A stretch of 64,000 bases of DNA from Mobula hypostoma (GCF_963921235.1 NC_086097.1:55492001-55556000); one strand, 5' to 3'. Numbered from the stretch's first letter, positions 12,701 to 25,699 are shown. Notes: generated by a model from the letters alone, not told the origin. Numbers and translations are program-made.

Positions 12701-13858
12701 ATGGGGAAAGGGGTGAAGAAGTCAGTGCAGAGTACCCTTGAGGCCATCCCCCTCAATAACAGATATACCACTTTGAATACTGTTGGGGAGTATGATCTAG
12801 CAGAGGAAAGTCACAGCAGTCAGGCCTTTGGCACTGAGACCGGCTCTGTGACTCAGGCGGGAAGGGGGAGAAGAGGCTAGCTGTGGTGATAGGGGATTCA
12901 TTAGTTGGGGGAACAAAAAGGAGTTTCTGTGGATGAGATTGAGATTCCCAGATGGTATGTTACCTCCCGGGTGCTAGGGCCTAAGACATCTCAGATAAAG
13001 TCCTCAGTGTTGTCAAGCGGGAGGGTGAACAGCCAGAGGTCGGGTCCATGTAGGCACCAATGACATGGGTAGGGTGAGTGATGTGGTTCTGCAAAGGGAG
13101 ATCAGGAAGTTAGGCGCTAAATTAAAGGGCAGAACCTCCAGGGTTGTGATCTCAGGATTGCTACCTATGCCACATGCTATTGAGGCCAGGAATAGGAAGA
13201 TTATGCAGTTTAACACATGGCTAAGGAGTTGGTGTAGGAGGGAGGGCATAAGATTTTTAGATCCCTGGGCTCTCTTCCAGGGAAGGTGGGACCTGTACAG
13301 AAGAGACTGTTTGCACTTGAACTGGAGAAGAACTAATATCCTAGTGGAAAGGTTTGCTAGTACTGCATGGTGGGGTTTAAACTAGAGTTGAAAGGGGATG
13401 AAAACTAGAGTGCTGGAACAGTTAGTGGAGAGGCTGTGTAGACAGATGTTGGTAAGATCTCAGACATAGGAACCAAAAGGTTGAGCATGGTGCAACTAAT
13501 GGCCTGAGCTGCTTATATTTCAATGCAAAAAGAATTGTAGGAAAAGCAGATGAGCTCAAGGCATGGATCAACACCTGGAATTATGACATTGTAGCCAATA
13601 GCAAGACTTGGTTGCAGGAGGGGCAGGACTGGCAGCTCCATATACCAGGGTTCCTTTGTCTTAGACATGACAGAGCAGGAAGGATTAAAGGTGGAGGGGT
13701 GCTGTTACTAGTCAGGGAAAATGTCCCAGCAGTATTCCATCAGGACAGACTGAAGAACTCGTCTAGTTAGTTGTTATGGGTGGAACTGAGAAATAAGAAA
13801 GGTATGGCTACATTAATAGGCCTGTATTACAGACCATAAAACAGTCCGAGGGATTTAG

Positions 13859-14413
13859 TTGACTTGAGTCACATAACACATAATAACTTATGAAAGTAAG
13901 GATGAAATCTATAGATGGATTACACATAAATAAAAAAACTAAAGTGCATAAATTAAATATCGTAAGGTACGGAACAGATTAACCAGTGACCCTTTGAAGG
14001 TGATGTGACAGGGAGTTCAGAAGCCAAATAGCCTGAGGGAAGAAACTGTTTCCCATTCTGACCAGTCTTGTTTTCATGCATTGGAGTCTCCTGTCTGATG
14101 AATGAAAGTCAAAGAAGATGCTGGATGGATGGGTGGGAACCAACTAATACTAAACACCCTGCATGCGCAGCACTCCTGATAAGTGTCCCCGATGGATCGT
14201 GGGGAGACCCCTATCATTCTCTCAGCCATTCTCAGAGCCCTTTGTAGGGACTTCCAGTCCGATGCTTGTCTGCTCCCATACCAGATGGAGATGCAGCTTG
14301 CCAGAATGCTCTCAATGGTGCTCCTATAAAATGCATTTAAGATGGAGGGTGTGGGGGGAGCCTTGCTTTCCTCGATCTCCTTGGGAAATGGAGACACCGC
14401 TGTGTCTCTTGTT
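13859..14413 (-). mobile_element. Rex1/Babar-like 3' fragment inserted in CR1
   Basis: ORF 14074-14397 has FYRSTIESILASCISIWYG...LQRALRMAERMIG; CR1 endonuclease sequence resumes after it. Confidence 0.75.
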
Positions 14414-16194
14414 CAGGGAAATGATATTAAAGGAACAAGTGAGAAACAAATTTGCAGCGAGATTGCAGACTGTTGTAAGAAACATAAGGCTGTTATAGTT
14501 GGTGATTTTAACTTTCCACATATTGACTGAGACCTCCATACTGTAAAAGGACAAGATGGGATAGAGTCTGTCAAATGTGTTCGGGGAAGTTTCCATAATA
14601 AGTACGTAGAAGTGCCAATGAGAGAGTGTACAATGCTTGATCTGCTACTCGGGAGTGAGACAGGGCAGGTGACAGGAGTTTGTGTAGGGAAACACTTTGC
14701 ATCTAGTGATCGCAATGCCATTCATTTCAAAGTAAATATGCAAAAAAGATAGGTCTGGTCCGCTGCTTGAGATTCTAAATTGGAGAAAGGCCAATTTTAA
14801 TGGTATCAGAAAGTATCTGGCAAGTGTGGATTGGGACAGGCGGTTTTCTAGCAAAGGTGTACTTGGTAAGTGACATTTTGAGAATACAAAGCTTATATGT
14901 ACCTGACAGAATAAAAGATAAAGAAGTATAGGGAACCTTGTTTTTCAAGAGATATTGAGGCCCTCGTTAAAAGAAAAGGAAATGCGTAGCAGGTATGGGT
15001 TGATAGGAACAAATGAGCTCCTTATGGAGTATTAAGAATGTGAGAGAACACTTAAGAAATTAATCGAGGGGACTAAAAGAAGGTGTGAGGTTGCCCTCGC
15101 AGACAAGGTGAAGGAGAATTCCAAGGGATTCTACAGATATTTTAAAAGCAAGAGAATTGCAAAGGATAAAATTGGTATTCTGGAAGACCAGGATGATAAT
15201 CTATATCTGGAGCCAAAAGAGATGGGGGAGATCTTAAATGATTTTTTTGCATCTGCATTTACTCAGGAGATGGACACTGAGTCTATAGAAGTGAGGAAAA
15301 GCAACATCAACTTCATGGACCCTATACAGTTTACAGTGGAATAGGTGTTTGCTGTCCTGAGGCAAATGAGGGTGGAAAACTCCCCCAGGCCTGACAAGGT
15401 GTTCCCTCAGACCCCGTGGAGGGCAAGTGCAGCCGTTTCTGGGGCACTAGCAGAGAAATGTACATCATTCTTAACGACAGATGAGAAACCAGAGGATTGG
15501 AGGATAGCCAATGTTGTTCTGCTGTTCAAGAAAGTCTAAAAACAAACAGGGAAATTATAGGCTGGTGAGTCTGACATCAGTCATGTGAAAGTTATTGGAA
15601 GGTATTCTGAAAGACTGGAAGTGCAAGTATTTGGATAGACATGGACTGATTAAGGATAGTCAGCATGGCAGGTCATGTTTAACGAATCTTATAGAGTTTT
15701 TTGAGGAAGTTACCAGGAAGGCAGTGGTAGTTGTTTACATGGACTTTAGTATGGCATTTGACAAGGTCCCACATGGGAGGTTGGTCAAGAAAGTTCAGTC
15801 ACTTGGCATTCAAGATGATGTAGTGAATTGGATTAGACTTTGGCTTTGTGGAGAATCTAGAGAGTGGTTGGAGGCCTGTGACTAGTGGTGTGTCGCAGGG
15901 ATTGTTGCTGTTTGTCATCTATACCAACAATCTGGATGATAATGTGGTTAACTGGATCACCAGATCGGTAGATGACACCAAGACTGGGGGTGTCATTGAT
16001 AGCGAGGAAGGCTACCATGGCTTGCAGAAGGATCTGCATCAGCTGGATAAGGACCAACCAGGGTATATATTATACAGTGAACATGAGGGCACTGAGGAGT
16101 GTGGTAGAACAAAGGGATCTGGGATTACAGGTCCATAATTCATTGAAAGTAGTGTCATAGTTAGATAGGGTTGTAAAGAAAGCTTCAGCACATT

Positions 16195-16970
16195 GGAAGG
16201 ACAAACCAAGGTAGAACATACAGGGTTAATGGTAGGGCACTGAGGAGTGCAGTGGAACAGAGGGATCTGGGAATACAGATACAAAATTCCCTAAAAGTGG
16301 CGTCACAGGTAGATAGGGTCGTAAAGAGAGCTTTTGGTACATTGGCCTTTATAAATCAAAGTATTGAGTATAAGAGTTGGAATGTTATGGTGAGGTGGTA
16401 TAAGCCAATGTTGAGGCCAAATTTGGAGTATTGTGTGCAGTATTGGTCCAAATTACAGGAAGTATATTAATAAGGTTAAAAAAGTGCAGAGAAGGTTTAC
16501 AAGGATGTTGCCGGGACTTGAGAAACTGAGTTACAGAGAAAGGTTGAATAGGTTAGGACTTTATTCCCTGGAGCGTAGAAGAATGAGGGGAGATTTGATA
16601 GAGGTATATAAAATTATGATGGGTATAGATAGAGTGAATGCAAGCAGGCTTTTTCCACCGAGGCAAGGGGAGAAAAAACCAGAGGATGTGGGTTAAGGGT
16701 GAAGGGAAAAAGTTTAAAGGGAACATTGGTGGGAGGGGGGCTTCTTCACACAGAGAGTGGTGGGAGTGTGGGAGTTTGGAATGAACTGCCAGATGGTGAA
16801 TGCGGGCTCACTTTTAACATTTAAGAAACACTTGGACAGATACACGGATGAGATGTGTATGGAGGGATATGGTTGAAGTGCAGGTCAGTGGGACTAGGCA
16901 GAAAAATGGTTCGGCACAGCCAAGAAGGGCCAAAAGGCCTGTTTCTGTGCTGTAATGTTCTATGGTTCTA
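16195..16970 (+). mobile_element. Second CR1 3' fragment nested in the older CR1
   Basis: Repeats the QRDLG to LGLYSLERRR region (ORFs 16252-16470, 16433-16696) and has its own tail ATGTTCTATGGTTCTA; the host CR1 resumes at 16971. Confidence 0.85.
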
Positions 16971-17869
16971 TTAGCCTTCATTAATCAAAATACAAGAGAT
17001 GGGATGTTATGTTGAAGTTGTATGAGACATTGGTAAGGCCTAATATGGAGTATCGTGTGCTGTTTTGGTCACCTACCTCCTTGAAAGATGTAAATAAGGT
17101 GAAGCAGTACAGAGAAAATTTGCAAGGATGTTGCCAGATCAGGAAGACCTGAGATACATGGATGGTTGGGGCATGGAGAGCTATGGTCCGGTGCGGGTCG
17201 ATGGGAGTAATCAGATTAAATGGTTTGGCGTGGGCCAAAGCATCTGTTTCTGTGCTGTACTTTTCTATGACTCTGTGACTCTATATATAGATGTCAGGAA
17301 ACTCAGCACCTTCATTCAAGCATGTGCAAATGTGCTGTGGCCAAAGGTACTAAAAGATACTCCCTATACTTAAATGTTTAATTCTTCATAAGAGTCTAAG
17401 AATCTTAAAATTCTTTGGTATTAATGTTGGGAAGACAGTTTACTGAACATTTACTACCTTACCCCTGACACAGGTTTCAATGGAGAGAGACAACTACAAA
17501 TTTTCAGGTAATCTCTCTTTCTTAAGCTTAAGTACATACATAAGTTTTCCATTTAAAGTAAACGTAATTGAAAATTAATTAATTGTTAAATTGTGTAGGA
17601 GTGTTTTGAATGACAAATGCATTCACGTATTTGCAAATTATTGGAGAGCATTGGCAGTTTGTTAAGGTTAAGTCCATAGCTTTGCTGCCAGTCAAAATAT
17701 TTCTGTGGGTGGTGTATATTCAGTCCTTGCTTTGAGTTGGCGTTTATGCCAGAAGGTAGTGAACTGGGCAGGGCTTCAGCAACTAGGAAATGGCTGCTTG
17801 CAAATCCACTAAAGCTAGTTACTCACCTAACAGGTAGTGTGCTGTGAGCAAAGTTGGTTTATTAGTGTC

Positions 17870-17996
17870 TGACGAAGGGTCTCGGCCTGAAACGTCGACT
17901 GCACCTCTTCCTACAGATGCTGCTTGGCCTGTTGCGTTCACCAGCAACTTTGATGTGTGTTGCTTGAATTTCCAGCATCTGCAGAATTCCGTTTGT
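17870..17996 (+). mobile_element. Penelope-derived mini-element with hammerhead core and 16-bp TSD
   Basis: TTGGTTTATTAGTGTC at 17854-17869 and 17997-18012; insert begins (C)TGACGAAGGGTCTCGGCCTGAAACGTCGAC and matches the 3' end of the GIY-YIG-bearing element at about 62 kb. Confidence 0.85.
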
Positions 17997-19639
17997 TTGG
18001 TTTATTAGTGTCAGGGTTATTTCCATTTTTATCCACTTTGTCTTGTAATTGTTCGTATCAGCATATCTTCTGACTTGTAGATGTGTGCGCCATTTGCTGG
18101 TCCTCCAATCTTTTACTGGCTAATCACTACAACACCTTGCAAAAATTGTGCTTGGACTGCGGCTAGTGGATACCTTCCATTACTGGAAATCCAGAGAGTG
18201 CTGACATTTTTGTCATTCCTGGACTGTTGAATAGGAGGAGGTCTCTGACTTAGTGAAACCCCAGTGAAGAATAGTGTCTCTGGCTCAGAATTTATTTAAT
18301 ATATTTATTTAAGAGACATGAACTTCTGAAAATCACCTTTAGTGTGATTTAAAAAAAAATCCTGGTATATATCTTATTAATACTCCTCCTAGATAGTATC
18401 ATTAGCTATATTTAAGTATGGTTATCATTATGTAATGTCCCTCTACTTTTACTTCTGTGATCTGCTGTGGTTCTTTATTTGTCAAAAGCTTAAAAGGGGA
18501 ATTTTGCTTGTCAAGATTCTTGCATCTGGTTTAGAAAATCTAAATCTGGTTCCTCACAATATTTTATTGACTGCATATTCGAAACAAATCTAAGGATTTT
18601 AGATTAAGAACTATGCTATGGAAGGTATCTTTACATAAATAAATTACTTCCATTCAGTGTTCCAATCTGGACGAGTCAAGAGTTCAGCTCTTTGGGGTCA
18701 ATTATCACACACAGACAGGGTGCTATTTCTTTTCGTATGCACTTCAAGGAAGCATCAACACCTGGACAGGTCAATTCATTGGTTTTCTAACAAGGTCTTT
18801 GTACACAAAGGGTTTTAAACTGAACGTAGAGCATCTTTGTCTTACAGTGTTTCCACTGGCCTGAACTCTCTTTCCAATTTTCAGTGGGAGGACTTAACAA
18901 TAAAAAAATCACTTCAACGAGGTGAAGTATTGCAAGGCAATTCACAGGAATGTTGTCAGAAAAGAAAACCATACCAGGATATATTAGGATTGGAAAGATA
19001 TTGTTTTTAGAACAATATCATTCATAATAATATTGTTTTAAAAGAGGGAGAAATGGAAAGCTTTAGGAAAGGAATTCGGATGGTCCTGCTGCCAAGATAA
19101 AGAATTTTGCGTACAGAACCGCCAGAATGTATAGCTTTAGGAGATCTAAAGACTGGAGATTGTTTGGTGCAAGGCTGTGGAGGAATTTAAATATAATCAT
19201 GATCATTTTAATTTTGTAGTGTAGGGTTGCTGAATTGGTTCTGGAGTAATGGAAGAACAAGACTTGATATGTCTTGGGCAGTCCCACAGGAATAGTATGA
19301 CTTAATGTGCCTGTGGGTCTAATGTGACTGATAAGGCCAAAGTGAAAATCATAAGCTCCTTTGTAGTTGAGGTTGGAAGTGCCCAATGCAGTAGTTTGTG
19401 GGTGGTGGTATTCTTCACTATTTGCTCTGGATGTCCATGTGCTCCTGATACATAGACTCAGGACCATGCCAACCACCTCTTTTCCACTTTGACCAAGGAT
19501 GCCTAGGAGTTAAAAGGTTGTTCCACTTGATAATCTCTTTCCTTGACAGAGCTTGGAATAGAGTGTCTCAGAAGTCTGGCGTTGGGCCTATGAAGAATAT
19601 GGTCTGTCCAACAGAGTGGCTGAGGGAAGGCCATAGTAG

Positions 19640-19790
19640 TGGCATAGAACATAGAACATTACAGCACAATACAGGCCTCCTGGCCTATGATGTTGTGCTG
19701 ACCTTTTAACCTACTCTAAGATCAATCTAACCCTCTCCCCCCAGCCCGCACACAACCCTCCTTTTTCTATCCTGCGTGTGCCTTTCTAAG
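19640..19790 (-). mobile_element. CR1 3' terminal fragment
   Basis: CATAGAACATAGAACATTACAGCACAATACAGGCC tail, similar to 63468 onward. Confidence 0.7.
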
Positions 19791-20901
19791 AGATATTCCA
19801 TTGCCAGCAGTTAAGAGATGTTGGCAGTGTAAAGGATATATGTTGATTGTTTATTTTGCTGGTGAATGAAGAGGAGATAGCATTAGTGATATTATTACAA
19901 TATCTTGGAAGTTCCTATTGTTATAAATCCTGATTTCGTAAGCATTTGGAGGCAGAACTCACTCCTGCATTGTAGACCATGAACTGTGTAGTAGACCTTG
20001 ATTTGCAGACGTCCTTTCCTTCAGTTGATCAAAGGCTGACCTGGCCGCAGTAAATTTCAACAGTACTCCACATGGAAATATGCCATGAACCATTACTGTA
20101 GGAGCGCAGCATTGAACAATGGCAGCAGGTCATTAGAGGGCCTTTGTCTTGTGAGATCCATTGTCTTGTCCGTTTCAATGAATAATTAGATTCTGAGTTT
20201 AGCTTACAAGTGTGCACAAGTACAAGCATTATATGCCTACTGTAGCTTGGCTACTGAGGTGTGGGCAATATTTGGTTCTAGATTGCTTAACCCACTATTG
20301 CTACAGTTTCTTATAGTTCTGAAATATCTTACAGGTGATGTGCAGCATCATGGTGAGAATAGTTAAACAAAATGTCTCGACAATGACACAGTCTTGTTTG
20401 ACACTCATCTTCACTGACAGTTGCTGCGTTTTATAGGCACGTTTAGGATCATGACTTGCATGTCTTCAGGAAGCAAACATAAGATGGAGAAGAATTTCTA
20501 TGGGCAGCTGAAGATAACCAGTCTGAAGCAACATTTGAGGCAGGCTCTGTTAGGGGGGTTATTAATTAAGCAGTCTTCTTAATGGAAGGAATACAGCAAT
20601 TGAAGCTATTCAGGGTCAGTTAGGATGCTAAGATGAATGGACCAAAGGAAGTATCTGGGGAATTTCCATCTCATGTCAGACAAAGAGCATGATAAACTAA
20701 TTGAACTCATGGGGCAACTTTCTTACAGTATGAGTTATGCCATGCCATTATTCAGTATACCATGTCAATTCAATAATTACAGATTACAACATAATCAAAA
20801 AGAAAACAACAGGAATTCTGCAGATGCTGGAAATTCAAGCAACACACATCAAAGTTGCTGGTGAACGCAGCAGGCCAAGCAGCATCTGTAGGAAGAGGTG
20901 C

Positions 20902-20937
20902 AGTCGACGTTTCAGGCCGAGACCCTTCGTCAGGACT
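20902..20937 (-). ncRNA. Minimal type I hammerhead ribozyme motif, copy 1
   Basis: Minus strand AGUC-CUGACGA-A-GGGU(CUCG)GCCU-GAAAC-GUC-GACU: conserved core, stem I AGUC/GACU, stem II, palindromic ACGU in place of stem III, GUC cleavage triplet. Confidence 0.8.
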
Positions 20938-20959
20938 AACTGTCTGTAGGAAGAGGTGC

Positions 20960-20995
20960 AGTCGACGTTTCAGGCCGAGACCCTTCGTCAGGACT
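20960..20995 (-). ncRNA. Minimal type I hammerhead ribozyme motif, copy 2
   Basis: Identical to 20902-20937. Confidence 0.8.
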
Positions 20996-23900
20996 AACGA
21001 ATCTAATAATCAATTAGACTAATAATAATAATCAAAAAGATTAACAAAAAGACTAATAATCAAAAAGAGATTTGTTGCTGATGACATCCCGACCAAAAGA
21101 TGTTACTTGAGGTTCAAACAAAATCCCTTAAATTTGATTAATAACTGAATGGCACAGTCACACAGCTTTTCTTGTGCACCAGCTTTGAAAGGTATTAGTG
21201 CTCAGAATCCCGGACTATTCAGCCTATGGATATAGTTTAGTTGAGTATTCATAGACAGCTATCAGTCAGCTCGGTGAAAGTAATGCAATCTGACAATGCA
21301 CTAGATACAATGGTTGGTGAATTATTTTTGTCTTGTGACAAAAGCTATATGACTGTAATTTTTCAGATTAAAAATTCATCACTGCCAAGAGAACAGCATT
21401 TCATTTTACATATCTAACAGTTTGGTATTCAGAAAATGCTTATTGCTTTGAACAACTAGTTAAGACAGTGTGTGTTTGACAGCTGAAAAGATGTGGTACT
21501 TCCCTGCCAGGCTTCTTCATAGTTTCTTGCCAGCTGACACTTTATAAAGTGTGCCTTACTGCTGGAATTACTAGGCGATTCAAAACTAAGTTCTTCTGCC
21601 AATCAACAGCATTTCAGATACTACTGTCTCGCAGAATGGTTTATGGATCATATAAAGCATAATACAATTTCCACACTTCAAATTTTATTTATAGCAGTGG
21701 TAGCAATTTTAAGAGCTTGGTAGGAGAACACTACTTGGCATGATTTACATAGAATTAAAATCCTTTGAGCAGATATATTCGTTGCAATCTATTTCTCAAT
21801 GCCATATTGCAAATTAATAAACTGCATTGTACGATGCATTGCTTCATAAAATTTGCAGTTGGATAAAACTTAAACTTACTTTTTATTTATTTTATTATAA
21901 CACTTAACTGGGAATGGACCTTGTAAAGGTCAAGTGTCACTTTAAATTTTAATAAATCCTGCCAATATCCATGACTGTTTTATCCTTTAAGACTTAGCTA
22001 AAATAGAATGTCAGTCATTCCTTTGACATAGAGTATTCTACTCTTCCAATTTTTAACACCTTGGCTGAGCACAGACAGTGATAATAATTTACTGTTCCTG
22101 GTAGATTTAAGAGGTTTTTACAGGTAGAAAACATTTCTTATTATACATTATAAAATACCTTTAGGCTTTGAAATATGGAAATATGCATTTGAAATCTTAT
22201 TTTACTGCTCAATTTTAATAGAAAGTATCAAATAGCTTGTATTTGCATACAATTATACTAAAATTAGAGTACAGAAATATTTTATTCAGACTGCATTGGG
22301 GAAACATGTTTGAAATGGGAAAAATCAAGAAATATTTGATGGATCCAAAAATTTGCTGAAGTCAATCATCTCAGAATAACTTACTAATTGTTGCAGTAGG
22401 TTTCCCATCTCCAGCTCTTTAAATTAACACATAGCCTCTGTGAGGTGGGGATGCTGCTAGATGTAATATTAGTGAGAATGGTTGGACTTTATCAAGGGGA
22501 AATAAGTGTGGGGTGAAGAACAGTGGTTTATTTCACATTTGCTTCTTGTGATGGGATGGGGAATTACAGGTGTCAATCAATCACGCTAGGAGGAAACTAC
22601 TCCATACTTCCCACCGCAGAGTGCTAATTGCCCACCTCATGAATCTGACTCTTCTTTTTACAATGATTGATACACTGGATAAATAATGTGACTTCTTTTA
22701 AATGAGCTCTCAGATTTGGAATACTGCCGAAATATTTTTGCTCATGCATAATGCGAATATCACAGCATCATTTATAAAGTTACAACATCATGCAAATTCA
22801 CGGCACAAACATGGATCAAGTCAGTTTCTGTTTACGTGCACTTGTGTTTTCCCTAGTGGGACGTTGGCAAGGAAGGGAAAATTACTCGTAGGAGCTGCCA
22901 CCTCTGTTTCTAGTTAAATGAGCCTTGGGCTGACAAAGGAGTGACTGGAAGCTGAAGTTGTAACACAGTCCGTTACAGTTTCTACTGAAGTGACACCATT
23001 TTCGTACTGGTTGCTTAGAATTACTGTATGCAATAATCATAAATGCTTGAAAAATGCCTTTGGCATGCAGTAATTAGGAAAGAACTGGATAAAGTTAGAC
23101 ATTAAATATGTTGAAATATTACCCTTGGTAACGAGGAATGTAATTATTTCTATCCATTATATTCAGATAATCCTTATCGAATGATGCAATACCTATTTAT
23201 AAAAAATTTAACAAATGGCATAATGTGTCAGCAATTAAATTTTACATTTGCTACATGCACTTTCTCTAACAGTAGTTTAAATATCTGACAACAATAGACT
23301 TTGATATTAACTCTGAAAACTATAAAAAAGATTGGAGCTCAGCTGAACTAAATATATTTTCAAAGTAAGTTATGCATTTTAAAAGTAATTTTATTGATAC
23401 AGTGCAGAACAATTCTGATGTGATCCAATGTGCACATGGACTTCTGTCACCATTGTTTTAAGAGAACGAAAGCCTGTTTTACTCAAAGCTTAAAGTGATG
23501 TTTTCAAATAATACTAGAGAATAAGTGATGAATTGTTAATTTTTTTTTAAATTTCCTTTCTGCTGAATTACTCTTCTGCTGATCATTCTCCATGTCCTAG
23601 ATTGACATGTGTCCTACTGCCTGACATCTACCAATAATTCTAAAAATATCTGATGATTAGATTGCTTGCCTTGATAGTTAACTCCTTTTGCCTTCTTCCC
23701 TTGCCTTAGTTGCTAGTGCCATTGCCCCTCACTTCCTTCTTTCTTGATGGTTATAAGAGCATGTACTTCAGTCTATGATTCTAGCAGACTGTATTTGATA
23801 TACAAAGTCAGCATGCAGAACCTTTACATTATTTTACACATTCTTTTGATCTTTTATTCTGTTACAGATTCTTAGCTGTGGGATTTCCTGAATGTCAGCT

Positions 23901-24323
23901 AAGGCATGTTAGAACTTGTTTTCAAGTCCTTCTACACTTAAGTAGTTTGTCAATTGATTCTATTAAGTCTAAAGAATGGGTGATATGTGAGAGGTTGGTG
24001 ATGTTGAGGTCACGAGTGAATAATTTTATAAATAAGTTTATTCAAAGCAGTGAATATTGAAACCATCTTATTAATTTACTGATTTTTAAATCGGAGTTTC
24101 TCAGAATGTACATCTCCAAAGACACCTATACTGATTAACCTCCAGTAATGTGCTAAAGTTCCCAAGGCTTAACCAAAACAAATCTGCTCAGTATGACAGA
24201 AGCTGAAAAGTGAATGAAGATTCCAGCAGCCAAAAACTAAACGTTACATTGACTACGACCAGGAGATTAAAAAAAAGCATTGGCTTAAGTTCAGATAGTA
24301 ATTTCTCTAAACAATAGTAAAAG

Positions 24324-24800
24324 GTTCAAAGGTTAATTTTATTATCAAAGTATGTATGCAGGATACAACTCTGAAATGTGTATTTTCCAGATAGCCATTG
24401 AATACAGAAAACCATAGAGGTAGTTGAAAGAAAGGCATCAATTTTCACCCCCCCCACCACATGAAAAGATAAAAAAGCAAAAACTCCCAAACCCCAAACA
24501 CCCACAACCCCTCCCTTGCACAAAAACTAACAGATCACCCAAACCCCCTGCCCCCCAATCAGCAACAAGAAAGAATGGGCCAGAACATGACAAAAATAGA
24601 ACTGAAAGAGGCCAATATGATCTACAGTTCAATCCATAAATCACAGAATTTTAATAACGTCTCCAGGAGCATCAGCTCCCCTCAGATGGCAGGGAACTGA
24701 ACCAGCAGCTCCTCCGAGGGAAACAACATGAACTAGGGGCCCCTCTGAGGAAAGCAACTCGAAACAGCAGCCCCTCCGAGGGCAGCAGCTCAGAGCAGAG
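24324..24800 (-). repeat. Unclassified non-autonomous repeat with internal CCTCCGAGGG reiterations
   Basis: Begins TTCAAAGGTTAATTTTATTATCAAAG (reverse of an AATAAA plus tail end); three CCTC(C/T)GAGG motifs at 24710-24783. Confidence 0.45.
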
Positions 24801-24999
24801 GCCTTATATTGCCTTAAATAAATCTGTTCATAATAAAAACGTACTCTAGAAATCAAGTGCAAACTTTAATTGCTCCACTCAGCTAGGCAAATAGAATTAA
24901 GTGCAGTATCAATGCATTCTTTATCAACCATTTTACATTCTGTTTCGATCCTAATCCCTCTGTGCAGCTCCCGGATGAGCTCCCTTGCTGATAGGGATA

Positions 25000-25590
25000 C
25001 TGATCAGGTGGTGGCCTCTCACAAGTCTGCTTTCAAGAGTCCTGTCAGAAAACTAACTTTGACTTCTCCATATTTTCAAATTATCGCCCTCATCTCTGTC
25101 TGCTTATCTTCTGAAGTCCATGCTCGTTCTCCTAAAACCCTAGATATCAATTCACATTAGAGAAACTACTCGCCAAAGTTGGAAATGTGAGTGTAATTAT
25201 CAGTAACTTGCTCTTCATTCATCTTAACCTGCTTGTAAATCCTGACACGATGCACCAGAACACCCTCCAAAAATTTTCTACTATTATTCAGCAATTCAAC
25301 TGATCTCTTTTCATTCTATTCTAATCTATCCTATAGTCACAATATAATCACAAACAATAGCAGTCCTTCATGTTCTCACTTTGTTTCCACCAGTGTTTCT
25401 CAAGGATTGATCCTAGTCTCACCACTTTTGTTGTCATTTGAAAAGATCTTTAAATTTTACTGCATTGGGTTCTGCGGGCAAGCAGGAGGTGATTCCTACT
25501 CTACTTTGCCACTTTTCCTACTACTCTACAGTATCTAGGCTGTCAGACTGCTTGTCTGATATCCAATCATGCATGAGTTGAAATTTCCTT
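25000..25590 (+). mobile_element. Ancient L2-like LINE RT relic
   Basis: Degenerate NYRP.S motif (about 25078), VSQG..L motif (about 25394) and SDCLSDIQS (about 25543). Confidence 0.55.
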
Positions 25591-25697
25591 TCACCAGTTC
25601 TGATGAAGGGCCTTGGCCCAAAACGTTGACTATTTACTCTTTTCCGTAGATGCTGCCTGACCTTCTGAGTTCCTCCAGCATTTCATGTGTGTTGCTA
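25591..25697 (+). mobile_element. Penelope-derived 3' fragment with decayed hammerhead
   Basis: CTGATGAAGGGCCTTGGCCCAAAACGTTGAC followed by AGATGCTGCCTGACC...GAGTTCCTCCAGCA. Confidence 0.75.
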
Positions 25698-25699
25698 AG

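Larger units (their letters stand above)
12270..17285 (+). mobile_element. Near full-length degenerate CR1 (ORF1 zinc-finger/zipper + esterase, ORF2), interrupted twice
   Basis: 12411-12608 CFSC...YTCEK...LELELD; 13065-13385 VVISGLLP...DCLHLN (SGNH esterase); endonuclease and RT fragments 13500-16190; resumes at 16971 and ends in CTATGACTCTGTGACTCTAT. Confidence 0.88.
20804..20998 (-). mobile_element. Penelope-derived mini-element with duplicated hammerhead unit
   Basis: Reverse complement of the 17870 element; 56-bp exact repeat with period 58 (20885-20940, 20943-20998); target motif ATAATCAAAAAGA at 20791-20803, 21028-21040 and 21056-21068. Confidence 0.88.

Noticed and set aside
19063..19476. 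137-aa minus-strand ORF as a host gene
   Set aside because: Non-ATG start, no recognisable domain and no splice support; the sequence looks like decayed repeat.
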